From Octopus vulgaris (taxonomy: Eukaryota): DNA of 64,000 nt. The notes below the pieces were generated by a model. It was not told the origin of the DNA. It ran no database searches and was given only the letters and a program-made list of their open reading frames with translations. The DNA lies in contig OX597817.1 of assembly GCA_951406725.2 (NCBI GenBank), positions 59,954,001 through 60,018,000 on the forward strand, read 5' to 3'. This document shows positions 39,490-51,873 of the stretch, piece by piece. The translations under genes were made by a program, and so were the position numbers. Position 1 is the stretch's first letter. Every line of letters starts with the position of its first letter.

Positions 39490-40340
39490 GCACCCACTTT
39501 CCAAACCCATCTCTTCTCTTTTATGGCCCTACCGATCTCACAGTTCCTCTACCATGTCACCCTTGGTCTGGCAGAAGCTTTGTTCCAGCCACAGATTGGG
39601 CTTTTGCTCTCAGTAGATTGTGCCATAAGAACTTCCAGATGTACTCTATGTCATATGCGTCTGTCTCTTCCTCCTTCTCATCAAAAGTTTCATTAAAAAC
39701 ATCTCTAAATTTCATCCTGTTTGAAGGATCCTTGTGCTTCCATAACCTCCTTTCCTATGCTGAGTTGTTCATTCTTCACCGAGGAGGACTTTGAAATTGT
39801 GCCTGTTTCTGGTGAGAATATAGTCAATCTGGCTAGTGATCAGATGGTTGGTAGGTTTCCTGAAGTTAGTGTTGCAAATCAGTAATTCATTTGCATCACA
39901 GAACTCCAACTGTCTTTTCCCTCTCCTCATTTCTAGAACCAAAGCCGTAACCTCCATGGGATCCATTGGAGTGCTTTCCAACATGACCATTGACATCCCC
40001 TGCCATGATGAGAACGTCGTTGTCTTTCGTTGTTGAAGAAGTCTACAGAAGAGATTCATAGAAATGGTCCTTCTGAACGTCTGTGAGTCTGACATGTGGA
40101 GCAAATGCAGAGATGAATGACCCTGTTACATTGAACAACACCAGACTTAGCTTAATAATTCTATTACTAATCCTGACAACCTTAATCACCTTATCTGCCC
40201 ATTTCTCTGCCAAAAGAGAACCTACACCACCTAAACCCTCATTGCAATTCACCTAGAAATTATTGTGTCTGTGTCTCTTGCCAACAAGCAGTCTGTATGA
40301 GGATCCCCTCAATCATACCTCTTGCACACAACACACATCT
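39490..40340 (-). mobile_element. RTE-clade LINE relic, AP-endonuclease region
   Basis: GGVGSLLAEKWADKVIKVVRISNRIIKLSL...ISAFAP, GDVNGHVG, LEFCDANELLICNTNFRK...SQIDYILTR; frameshifted. Confidence 0.85.
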
Positions 40341-40649
40341 ACATGTCTTCACTTGATTGTTTCAACAATCTCTACTGTCTTACAATTATCATTCAAAAGG
40401 ATACAGCCCAAGGATACAGTTGAAAACATTTGTCCAAGGAGCCACAGAGTAGGATTGAACCTAAAACAAGATGGTTGTGAAACGAACTTCTTAACCACAA
40501 TCCCAATTTATATGGATATCATCAATGTTATAGCTCTCACGTCAGCTTGTGAGGATATATAAGAAGGAACACAGAAGATAGTGTGAAATCTTTTGTTTTA
40601 ATATCTTCTTCAGGTTGAATAAAGTTCTAATGAAAGATGATATTATGTT

Positions 40650-41225
40650 AAGTAACGGTTTGAGCAAATCTTTATTGAAAAATAGAGTGAAAGCATTCAT
40701 TTAATATTTACATTCCATGAAGTACTTTTGAAAGTAGCATTCACAAATGAAAAAAAAAAAATGAAACAAAAAGCAGAACATTTTCAATGATTTTTGTTTT
40801 CCCATTCGGTTTGTGTGTGTGTGTGTGTGTGTATACAGATGAGTGGAAAAACTAAAGAAAGTAGCACTCGACACATTTGGTAGGAGTTACATGTATTTGT
40901 GTTTAAAACAGTTTTAATCAGCCCTTCATGAACTTATACGACAAAAAGCATTTCATCAGACTTCTGAAGAGTTTTCTCAAAACTCTCCCTCAAATGCCTG
41001 AGAAGATGGGTTCATCGTCTCAGCCGACAATCTTTTATTTTATAAGGAACCGTGTCAAACTGATATCAAATCATGTGTGTGTGTGTGTACATATACACAC
41101 ATACACACACGTGTTTGTATGTATATGAAATATACATCTATATAAACATGCATTATATCTAAATAAATATATACATATAAACTATATGGACATGCATCCT
41201 TTTAGTATTTGTACGTGTGTGTGTG

Positions 41226-41263
<38 letters not shown>

Positions 41264-42680
41264 TACACACACACATATATATATACATATGTGCATAAAA
41301 TGTATGTATGTCTGTGTGTGTATATATACACACACATACTTGAAGGATATATGCACATATAGTATACTTGATGGATACAAGTCACATGACAGAATAAGAG
41401 AATTAAATGATTTAGAAAAACAGTAATTCTTTACCAAAGTGTTTCCCTGGGTCTTTGACTGGTGGGAGAAGGCCCCTTCAAAGTTAGGAGCCAATGCCAG
41501 CTGGCATACCTGGTTTCTTTCCCTGTACACACACACACTAATATTTATATATATAAATAAGTCTACATATATATATATGCGTGTGTGTCTATGCACACAC
41601 AGAGATACACACATGTGCATGCACATACACACACATGAATTCACACATTCAGATTTTCTAAATTTTTTGATTACTCAGTTATGTGACATCAATTTTTTAT
41701 TTACTAGAATTCATTTCTTTTATTTAGTTAATTAAAATGTTATTTGCATAAGAGTTTTTATGGGCTACAGAAAAAAAAACAAAACATATGTGATATGAGA
41801 AAATGTATCTTTGCAAGCATGCTTTCACTGAATTGAAATATTTTGAGTTGAAAATTTAAGTTGTCAAATGTTATAGTCTATGTACATAGAAACTTCATTG
41901 CCATGCTACATACAATACTAGGAAATATCATACACACATATGCATATATATATAATATATATACATACACACATATATGCCAACACACATACATATATAC
42001 ACACAAACACATACATACCCTCCACACATACATATATACAAATGCCCATATATATATATATATTATAATTATGTTTATAATTATAAAATATTTTTATAAT
42101 TTTACCTATAAAGGTTATTTTAACGTACTGATCTACTTGGTGAAATTATTAATTAATTGATTGAGTAATTAATTTAATTAATAAATTTTACCCTTTTATT
42201 ATTAATTTAAAATTATATATATATACTTATATCTTCATGTGTACATACATGTATATATGTGATGTGGGTGTATACTGTCTTTATATATGTGTATGTAAAT
42301 ATACATATATATAAATACATGTTTGCATATATATGTGTACAAACACACAAAAGAGTAATATATATATATATATATATACATACATACATATTGGCATATG
42401 TCATGGTGTGTGTGTTTGTGTGTATCTATCTATATCTGTCCATTCACCCATCATTCTCTTTCTGAGAGAGAGTGTATGAATTATACACACACGCATGGAA
42501 ACACACTTATGCATACAGGCATCTTTGTATGCAAGCATGCACACACAAAACGCATTCAGACACTTGTTATAATATATATCAACTTAAACAGTGGCCCATA
42601 CAAAATAATTTAGTTAAACACAAATTTCAGAGTTTGGTGTTTATGGAAATTGGTCATTTGCAGTGGAGAATGCTGCCAAT
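40650..42680 (-). other. Putative RhoGAP 3' UTR, rich in (TA)n/(CA)n microsatellites
   Basis: Follows the stop codon and is free of recognisable SINEs. Several minus-strand AATAAA (about 42135, 41719, 40671); the true end is uncertain. Confidence 0.45.
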
Positions 42681-42766
42681 TCATCTTTTTCTTATCACCC
42701 ATTCAGCACCAGGGTTTATTCGGTGTATTGCTGTTACTGAGGCATTAGACTTAAGACATCGCTCTC
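42681..42766 (-). CDS. RhoGAP last coding exon
   Basis: cctattgcag|GERCLKSNASVTAIHRINPGAEWVIRKR-TGA, matching the family ending ERCL...NPxAEWVIK. Confidence 0.92.
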
Positions 42767-43719
42767 CTGCAATAGGAAATAAAGAAAAGGGGAAAAGTTA
42801 GAATAAATGAGAGGCTTTAAGAGTTCTTTTAAGAAAAGTAAATGTCAGAAATTGTGAACACAAGGAACGAAGACCATGTTTATCACTTGAGCAGAAGAAA
42901 GCAAGTGTAGTGGGCATGGGTTTAAGGATTTGTATGCAGTTAATATCCCTTCATAGTCTGTTGGCCTTCATTCTTTGCCATACATTCTTCCAAAATGGTA
43001 AATATCATTAATGTGCTGAGATAAATTCCCAATCAGCAGAAACACAGCCCTCTGGGTGCTTTTCTGCTAGTACATGTCATCTTCCGTTGTATGAAAATGC
43101 TGCGATGGCCATATTTGCCAATATATATGAAATGTGAAATGAATTTTCTAATTTTGATAAGCTAAATAGAAATAGTGTAAAAACTTTCAGAGATGTTCTT
43201 GAAATATATAAGAGTGTGCTGGGAAAAGATGAACAAAATTAAATAAAATAACAGGGGATGGGGATAGAAATGAAGTTTGTGAGAGAGACAAGGGAGAAAG
43301 ACTGAAGAGAAAAAGGACACTGGAAAAAACATGTGAAGAGTGAAAAAGATAGAGAAATAGAAAGACTAATTAGAATAGAGGTGGTATGCAAAGAAGGGAC
43401 AGAGAGAGCGAGAGCGAGAGGAAGACAAAGAGGGGGAGAGAGGGAGGGAGCATTGCAAAGAAATAGTAAAAAAAAAAAGGATACTAATGTAAGATATAAA
43501 AGTAAAAAAATGTTACGCTGAATAGAAATTAGTTTTCTCGTTAGCGTTCAGTCGAAATCTCCAATAATAATTAATTGGAAACAATGTGAATAAATAAGGA
43601 TTACATTTTACAGAGTAATGAGAATGCTAAAGGAGGGGGTTAGGGGTGGACAAAACAATCAACAAAGTTTCACTTTTACACTTATAAAAACAAATTTAAT
43701 CCAAGTTCTTCATACTCAC

Positions 43720-43835
43720 CAATGTTGCCGCCAACTTCATAAAGGTAAAGTTGAGGAGGCTGCTGTTGCTGATGGTGATGATGATGATGATGATGACTGT
43801 GGTGAAGCTGGTTTTGCCATTTTGGGTAAGAATCA
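43720..43835 (-). CDS. RhoGAP penultimate exon with poly-His/Gln tract
   Basis: ttcttctttctag|SDSYPKWQNQLHHSHHHHHHHHQQQQPPQLYLYEVGGNI G|gtgagt. LYEVGGNIG is the ARHGAP18-family C-terminal motif. Confidence 0.9.
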
Positions 43836-43934
43836 CTAGAAAGAAGAAAATTACAGTCGTAAATTTTACTGTCATCAGAGGTGTACAAAGGGTGCAGGTG
43901 GGGTGTTTAGGCATCTGATAGGACATAAAACCTT

Positions 43935-44310
43935 GCAGGTTGAGTAGCCCATCCCGCTCAAAAGGTCCCTGGATAAGGATTGTTTAAGGATGTTGAACGA
44001 AACACCCATGTTTCCAGAGGTGAATTATCTAAATCCCAAAGAATTCCTCTCAACATATGGCTATGATGCTCCCCCACTACTTCTGCTCGTGATCAGAGAT
44101 GCACATATCATCAGCCACTAAGGGACATGCTCAACTGGTTACGGTCAAACAACTGACAAGCAAATCCATGGTATTGAGCAGAATATTTGCTGTAGACCAA
44201 CTTTTATTCCAAGACAAAACAATGTACATGATAACACTTCCAGTCAGTTAAGATCAGAAGCCACGAGAGCCACTGTCTGGTACTGCATCAGGGCATTTAT
44301 TATTGCTATT
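43935..44310 (+). repeat. Probable interspersed repeat (3' fragment with (TTA)n tail)
   Basis: More GC-rich intronic block ending ggtactgcatcagggcatttattatt. Single copy here; recognised only from memory of octopus repeats. Confidence 0.4.
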
Positions 44311-45189
44311 ATTTCATTTAGCCCTAGGACTTATAAGGCAAGTTACTTAGTTTCTATGGCATTTAAGTGACTGAGAGCATAACATTCCTGCTGAAGAGGT
44401 CACTCGTTCTTTGCAAGGTCCAAGGTCAGCAACTTTTGAGGAGAGGGGATCGATCAATCACAGCATCTCAGTACTTGATTGATATTTCATTTTATTAACC
44501 CCAAAGGGATTAACGGCAAATCTTACCTCAACAGGATTTGAACACAATATAAGGAACCAAAAGAAATGCTAAGCATTTTGCCCAACGTACAAACAGTTCT
44601 TGCAGCTCACAAACTAAAACTCCACTTACAGGAAATATTAAACAATAATTTTAAAAGTTATTAGCAACAATGAGGTACAAATAAATATAAAGACCTGATT
44701 GTTGTTATTTAGATAGATATGTTTAATGAGCCGTAATCCATCAGGCCAGCAACCTTTAATCAAACAGTATATTAATGTTATTGTAGCAATTTGTGAGGCT
44801 GAGAAGGGCTGGAAGTATCAGGTCAATTCTGTTACTTGAACAGCTGAAGGAGACGAATGAGGGGGGGGCATGTGAGCAAAAACAGACCCATGCTTGTTGT
44901 CCTTCAGCTCACATGACCTCTTTTGCTCTTCCCCTTCTAGCAAGGCCCCTTGGCCATTCAAGTGACGTCGCTGACCCTCTACTTCCAGCCCATCTCAGAT
45001 CCACACAGTTGTAGTGATGTATTCAATTGGAACAGTTTGCCATAAATCCTGAAGTTAGCAACTACCCCCGTTAAGGCAAAAAACGAAATTCACTCTGCTC
45101 ACAAACAGCTGACATGAAAAGCAACTCAGCAAAATGACTGCCAGGAGAAATATGAAATCGTGCAGAGGCTTTTATTCCACCACAGCCAA

Positions 45190-45442
45190 CATCATCATCA
45201 TCATCATCGTTTAACATCCATTTTCCATGCTAGCATGGGTTGGACGGTTTGACAGGGGTCTGGGAAGCCAGGAGGCTGCACCAGGCCCCAGTCTGATCTG
45301 GCAGTGTTTCTACAGCTGGATGCCCTTCCTAAAGCCAACCACTTTGTGAGTGTAGTGGGTGTTTTTTATGTGCCAGGGGAGGCTGGCAGCAGCCACGATT
45401 GGTTGGTGCTTTTTACGTGCCACTGGCACAGAAGCCAGTCAA
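45190..45442 (-). mobile_element. RTE-type SINE-like retroposon (gggaagccaggaggctgc subfamily)
   Basis: (CAT)n start on + and family core. Confidence 0.85.
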
Positions 45443-45690
45443 CTGTTATTTACCTGCTCTCCTTCACCTTCTCCTCTTCTGTCCCTATGATTTTGTGTAT
45501 GTGAGTGTGTTTAAGTGTTCTTTTGCCCACTGCCTGCCATCCATGGCCATCCTGCTTTTTTACATGAGCACAATACACCTATTGCTACATTGCCCAATGT
45601 CTAAGGAACTTGTTTTTGGTGATGGAACTGCTAATAACAGCACAAACAATAAATAAATCCAAATAAATCGTTCTGTGCTGGTTGTCTTAC

Positions 45691-45836
45691 CTTTTGTTCT
45701 CATTAAAATGATGTTCCATTTTCTGCACATGGAATAGAATATCTTCCACAACCAAAGCCTCAAAGAGTTGTATTCTTGTTGATTTTGATAAATGAGGCAC
45801 TTGAATGTCAATCATATTATCTAATTGGTCAGGTGA
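45691..45836 (-). CDS. RhoGAP exon (C-terminal ubiquitin-like region)
   Basis: ttttctttttag|SPDQLDNMIDIQVPHLSKSTRIQLFEALVVEDILFHVQKMEHHFNENK AG|gtaaga. Confidence 0.85.
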
Positions 45837-46364
45837 CTAAAAAGAAAAGCAAACAAACAATGAACAACTAATTAGGCCGTACACAAAATTTTAATTGTTA
45901 CACCCCAATGTGCAGGCAACCATGGGGTTTTGAGTTTACTCCCACTGCACAGCATCTTGGGCTGGTGTCTTCTGCTATGGCACCCCCAAGCTGGAACAAT
46001 GCCGTCTGAGTGGATTCGGGAGATGGAAACTGTGTCAAAGCTCATCACATATATATTTATACAACTATGTGTCATGTATGTTAAGTCACATTAGTGTGTG
46101 TATCACATGTATGTACAATGTGCATGTCTTTGCTTGCCTCCCACCCCCACCCCGCCTGACAACTGGTGTTGGTTTGTTTATGTTTCCATAACTTAGTGGT
46201 TGAGCAAAGGAGACTGATAGAATACCAGACTTCAAAAATAACCAATGGGTCGATTTGTGCAGCTAAACACTTGAACACTTCAAGCTGGTGTCCCTGCATT
46301 GCCACAGTTCAATGACTGCAACAAGCAACAGATAGAAGTGGTCATAAATAGCTTTCATTATCCT

Positions 46365-46740
46365 CATTTTTACGTCTGCTTTTCCATGCTGGCATGAGTT
46401 GGATGGCTCCTTTCCAATACTGCAGCTCAACATTTGTGGCATTCCTTTATCTCAAACTTTATCAGGTTCAACATCTTGAGATCAGATTTTATCATTCCTG
46501 CTGTCTTCTTTGGTCTTTCTCTTCCACATTTTCCTTCTTCTTGGATCTCCTGGAACTTCTTTACATGTCTTTTATTAGCCATTTAAGAGGAATCTGGCTG
46601 CTGCTTCATGTAGCTCAAAGATCTATGTAGAGGCTCCTACATGTTGTGTTTGGTGGAAAGATTCTGGTGAAGCATGTCTGCTACTCTTAGTCCAATCCTT
46701 GCTTGTAGTTATTTCCATTACATCACACATTCTTCTTTAG
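46365..46740 (-). mobile_element. Old RTE LINE 3' relic
   Basis: Degenerate GKCGEERPKKT...IKSDLKMLNL, ending in the ccagcatggaaaagcagacgtaaaaatgaggat tail. Confidence 0.5.
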
Positions 46741-46879
46741 ATTTTTAGGGGTCAACAGGGATAATCCTTTATTTATAGATAAGCTGGGTCACAAGAGATC
46801 AAGGGATTGTTTATTGATGTAGGCTTTTGCATAAATGAATATGTGTATGTACACAAACTGAAGCAAACACATCATTTCA

Positions 46880-47160
46880 CATAAACACACTATGCCACAA
46901 TCACATACACACATACATACACACACCACATACAATACACACGTATGCACTCATCGCACAAGACATATACAACACACACTCAACACACTACATATACATG
47001 ATACAACACATATGCACACTCATTTCACACACATACATGTACCACTTCACACGCGCGCGCGCACGCACGCACACACACACACACACACCATATTGGCACA
47101 AACCACAATGCACACACCGCAGCACATACAATACACCCCTCCCCAAACATACACTGCACC
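46880..47160. repeat. Degenerate (CA)n tract with an internal (CG)5 run
   Basis: Directly visible. Confidence 0.9.
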
Positions 47161-47217
47161 AAACCACATTTACAAACAAATATATGTAAATATAAGCTTC
47201 TGTTTTTTAATACTTAC

Positions 47218-47271
47218 CTCAGACAAATGAGTTTTTTTCACTGGTTCTTTCTTGCCAGGTATTTTTAATCT
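47218..47271 (-). CDS. RhoGAP exon
   Basis: atattgcag|RLKIPGKKEPVKKTHLSE|gtaagt, 54 nt, phase 0-0. Confidence 0.75.
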
Positions 47272-47675
47272 CTGCAATATATAAAATAGCCATCTCTATA
47301 TCATAACTAATGTATATACAATAAATTGATAGGCCAGTTACAGCCGTATTTGTCCTGAGACAACATCTCTGTTAAAAATACACATACAGCGAGAGATGGA
47401 AATTCATTTCAGCAATGGCCAGCCAAAAGTGACCAGATGCATTTCAGGCTTTTACTCTTCATTTCAATGGTGTATATTCACAACCAGCCACATGCTTGAA
47501 AGAGCAGATATCATTGTCTCCGATATACAAAAGGTGAATAAAACATTGATAATAATAACGATGACAATGACCTACAGCAAAAACGAAAAGTAACACTGAA
47601 CTGGGCCACATATAGTGTAGAACCCTCCCGTCCCCCAGAAAACAAGAAAAGAAAAAAAGCATGGCTGATAAATAC

Positions 47676-47741
47676 CCTAGATTTTCTGGTTATTTCCAAT
47701 TCATAACGGCGTCTCAATTGCTGGATCATTGATGGAGGGAT
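47676..47741 (-). CDS. RhoGAP exon
   Basis: ttcctcttag|IPPSMIQQLRRRYELEITRKSR|gtattt, phase 0-0. Confidence 0.85.
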
Positions 47742-48082
47742 CTAAGAGGAACAAAGAGAAATATTTACTTTAGTATTCAGAAATAAAGATCAGGGATTTA
47801 TTTCCAACTACAATAAATGGTTTCAAATTTTGGCACAAAACCAGCAGTTTTTTTATGGGGAGGAGGAGGAAGTCAACTATATCAACCCCAGTACACAACT
47901 GGTACTTATTTTATCGACCCTGAAAAGGATGACAGGCAAAGCATTTTGTCAACATGTTAACAATTCTGCTACTATAAATCAGCATGAACTTTCTGGACAA
48001 GATACTATAAATTGGCATGAACTTTCTGGACAACCCAATATAATAGCCACAATTAGAATTGGGTAAAAAGTGAAGAACTTAC

Positions 48083-48289
48083 TGTCCATAAAATATCAAT
48101 ATAATTGACCATCAATTTGATAATGTAGGCAGGCACAGCTATTGAAATTTCCCAGTCTTTGAAATTCTTTAATTTTTTTGATGATGAAGAGAGGAAGAGA
48201 TTTGGTGCCATAATCATTGCAACATTTGACAAAGTCATTTTGTTTTCATTTTGGTAATATATGACGTTCTTCAGGAATCTTAATAAAAT
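48083..48289 (-). CDS. RhoGAP exon (end of GAP domain)
   Basis: ILLRFLKNVIYYQNENKMTLSNVAMIMAPNLF...MVNYIDILWT|gtaagt, containing the NKMxxxNVAMIMAPNLF motif. Confidence 0.95.
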
Positions 48290-48440
48290 CTACAATGGAA
48301 GAAAATTATTTCATTAATCACATTATTTTAACATTCATCAATTTAGGGATAAAAACTAAAAAAAAATGGCTACTTGCTTTGACCACCGGTGTGCAGGATC
48401 AAAGCAGAAGACTTCTTGTAGCATCCTTTATCTGTCCCCA

Positions 48441-48773
48441 TGATACCTGTACCGGTGGCACGTAAAAAGCACCATCCGAACATGGCCGATGCCAGCACCA
48501 CCTTGATTGGCTTCTGTGCCGGTGGCACGTAAAAAGCACCAACCGATCATGGCCACTGTCAGCCTCCCCTGGCACCTGTGCTGGTGGCACATAAAGAGCA
48601 CCCACTACACTCACGGAGTGGTTGGCTTTAGGTAGGGCATCCAGCTGTAGAAACACTGCCAGATCAGACTGTTGCCTGGTGCAGCCTCCTGGCTTCCCAG
48701 GCCCCGGTGGAACCATCCAACCCGTGCTAGCACGGAAAGCGGACGTTAAACGATGATGATGATGATGATGATG
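48441..48773 (+). mobile_element. RTE-type SINE-like retroposon (same subfamily as 45190)
   Basis: Family core and (GAT)7 tail; shares variants with 45190-45442. Confidence 0.85.
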
Positions 48774-50592
48774 TTGCCTGCTTTCCTATCACAACTGGAT
48801 TTTTGAATAAAATGTGATGCTGTTTGATGCTAATGTTTGCTGAACAACCTGTACAATGAAAATTATTATTATATTGGTCATGGTTTGTGCAGAGCCAGTC
48901 TCAATCTCTGTCCTTCAAACTTGCATTGGTCCGGGGCAACAAGTGCCATGAGCCCAGAAGTTAAGAGGATGCAAGATTTCTATGGATTTACCTTCTCTTA
49001 GACGAGCAGTTAAAGAGCTGAAGAGCTTCATCTAATCTGTGTTTGTTGCGGATGTCTGTGAGTGACCTTCTTCAGGAGGCTTATGAGTAAGATAAATGAT
49101 ATTGTGGAAAGAAATCTTAAATATTGAACAGTCATTGAAATATTTATTCATTTATATTTCTTTATCTTAGAAGAGGCAGTGCACCTGACCCTTTAGAGGA
49201 CCTCTGAAAGTGGTGGGAAGGAAATAAAGGGGGAGAGATCTTGACATTGAAGATCAGGCCTGAATACTTGCAGCAGAGTGGCCCCTGCTAAAGGCCCCCA
49301 AGGTGCTACGAGGTGGTGACATAAGTCTATCACTCATACAGGCAATGGTGAGATTTGAACTCAGAATGCAAAGCACTAGACAGAATATGGCATCACGTGT
49401 GATGCTCAAATGGTTCTGATAGATCATCAGTCTAGACTGCTTATCAATCCTGGAAGGAGGAAAGACAAAGTCGACCTTGATATGGTTTGAACCCAGAATA
49501 TAAAGTGTCAGAATAAATACTACAAGGCATTTTGTCCGAGGGTCTGACCCGGCCAGTTCGCTACCTTTGCTGATGTATAAGATGCACCATTATTTTACAG
49601 CTGTATCTTAGGGAAAAATAAAAAGCAAATTTAATGTTTCATCATATATTTGTTGAAAGAGATTTTAAAATGGTTTTATAGAAGAAAATGGATGATTCTG
49701 TGTATGGAAATACAATACTCTGACAGTGTTTTGGAATAAAGTGTGAAACCATAATTTTACCACAACTAAACGTTATACGAATATTGAATCTAATATTCTT
49801 CCAGATCAACTGTGTAGTTGTTTATATTTTGGTCCAGAGAATCATCATAGAGAATGTAAAACTCATATTTCTGGCTATGAGGTTATGTGTTACTGCAATT
49901 GAACCCCAGGGTGGCAGACCACTGCTGTGGTTTTGTTGTCATCCACTCATTGCAAATAGCGGACAGGCAAATGAGACTTTAACATTTTTCTAGGACAATT
50001 TTTTATTTAAATAATTAAAAATTTGTTTCTTAAAGGTAATACTGTCATTAAATAACATAAGATACATATCAGGTGTAGATTATGTCTGCTGGGAAACAAG
50101 GTATAAACGAGATGATGTGATCTCTTCACAATGTAATGGAAGTATTTTTTTATAAGTTTGTCCAAACAACAATATTTTGGTTGGTTTTCTCTATTTTATT
50201 ATTAGTAACAATTATTGTACCTATGACACTGGGTCTCTCATTTGTAATACAGTCACATTAGATGCAGGTCAATTTTCTTTTTATATACATTTGAAAATAG
50301 AAAAAGCATGTCTTACATGCTTGCAAATGTGGCATTTATTTATTGATTCCTGTCCATCAATAAATGTTGATTTCTACTTATTAACCTTATCTTAATTTTT
50401 TTTTAAACAGAGACAGATCCCTCTGAATCACACTGTATATATCTCTCTGTTAGGAATATATTAATGCTGTAAAAAGCAGTAGTGGGATCACTGTAAAACT
50501 AACAAGTGTACAATATAGTTCAACTTCATCTTAAGAACAAAGAAAATGTAAGAAGAAAAAAAAGAAACCCAGAATCCCTATAGAATACTGAC

Positions 50593-50675
50593 CATAAGTG
50601 AGTTTCTGTGAGCATCAGGTAAGACCATGAGCAGGAGATTCAGAGCTTTCAGTTGATCCCGGAGGTTGGGGATGA
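50593..50675 (-). CDS. RhoGAP exon
   Basis: tttttccag|FIPNLRDQLKALNLLLMVLPDAHRNSLM|gtcagt, phase 1 to 0. Confidence 0.92.
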
Positions 50676-51873
50676 CTGGAAAAATATAAAACAGAAAGTT
50701 AGGAAACGGTTTGAGACAAGAGCCACAAATAAATATCAACAGAGAATAATTCAGAGTTTGAAAAAGGCAGACAATGTGTGTGTGTGTGTGAGTGAGAGAG
50801 AGAGAAATCAGAATAGACAAAGTCAACTTGTCTGTATATGTGTGTGTGAGTGTTTGTGTGTATGTTGTAGGGTGTTTGGAAAGTGATTATTGGTTTGACT
50901 ACAATAAATCAGAAGTCAACTAACTAAGGCATGAACCAACCTGGCTGAAACCAGCTCTGGCTCTGAGTACAAATATCTTGTTTTCATAAGTTTTGAATTA
51001 AAATCTTCCACCAAACCTTAGTCACAATTTATGTTCCTAACACTAGCTGAATGATAACTAAGTTATTTTATTAAATTCTTTGTTAAAATTAATTGAAAGA
51101 AACACAGAGCATTTCAACAGAAATACAGAAACGAAAGGGTTTAATGAGGTGGTAAGCCTGCAAAATCCTTAACAAGTCAAACAAAATATTCTGAATTCCA
51201 CTGAGGTCAACTTTGCATTTCATCTGGTCAATAAAATGAAGTAGCGGTCAAGTACTTGAGTCAATCTAGTTAACTTGACTCCTACCCTCAAAATTGCTGG
51301 CCTTGAGCCCTGCAATGGATCAGCATCCCATTCAGAAAATTACTGTATTCTCAGTAACCAGGTTTAGAAGTTCAAGGGCTTGAGAAAAAAAAAGTTTAAA
51401 TGGTAGAAAATGGCATCAAAATTTAGTTTATTGAAGAATTGGTGCAGTAAGAAGAAAAGCACGAGTTGGGACTCCTTCCTTTTTCTCCCACACAACCTGT
51501 CTCATCATCATTGCTCTAACATTCACTTTTCCACGCTTGCATGGTTCAGGCAAAGAATTGGTTGAGGTAGGTTTTAGCAAGGGCCAGACAGGTTTTTGTA
51601 GAAAATTTAAAACAAATAACACCATTTATATTATGGTGATACTTGCTTACAACTAATGTATGATGTCAAAACAAGGAAACACACACAAATACACACACAC
51701 ACACACACATACATACAATGACAGTCTCCTTTCAGTCTCTGTCAACTAAATCCACTCACAAGGCTTTGGCTGGTAGAAAATACTTGCCCAAGGTTATCCC
51801 ACAGTGGGACTGTACCCCAAAGCAAGCCTGAGCTTGATGTTATTAATGCATACATTTCCATATGTTCTCAGTT

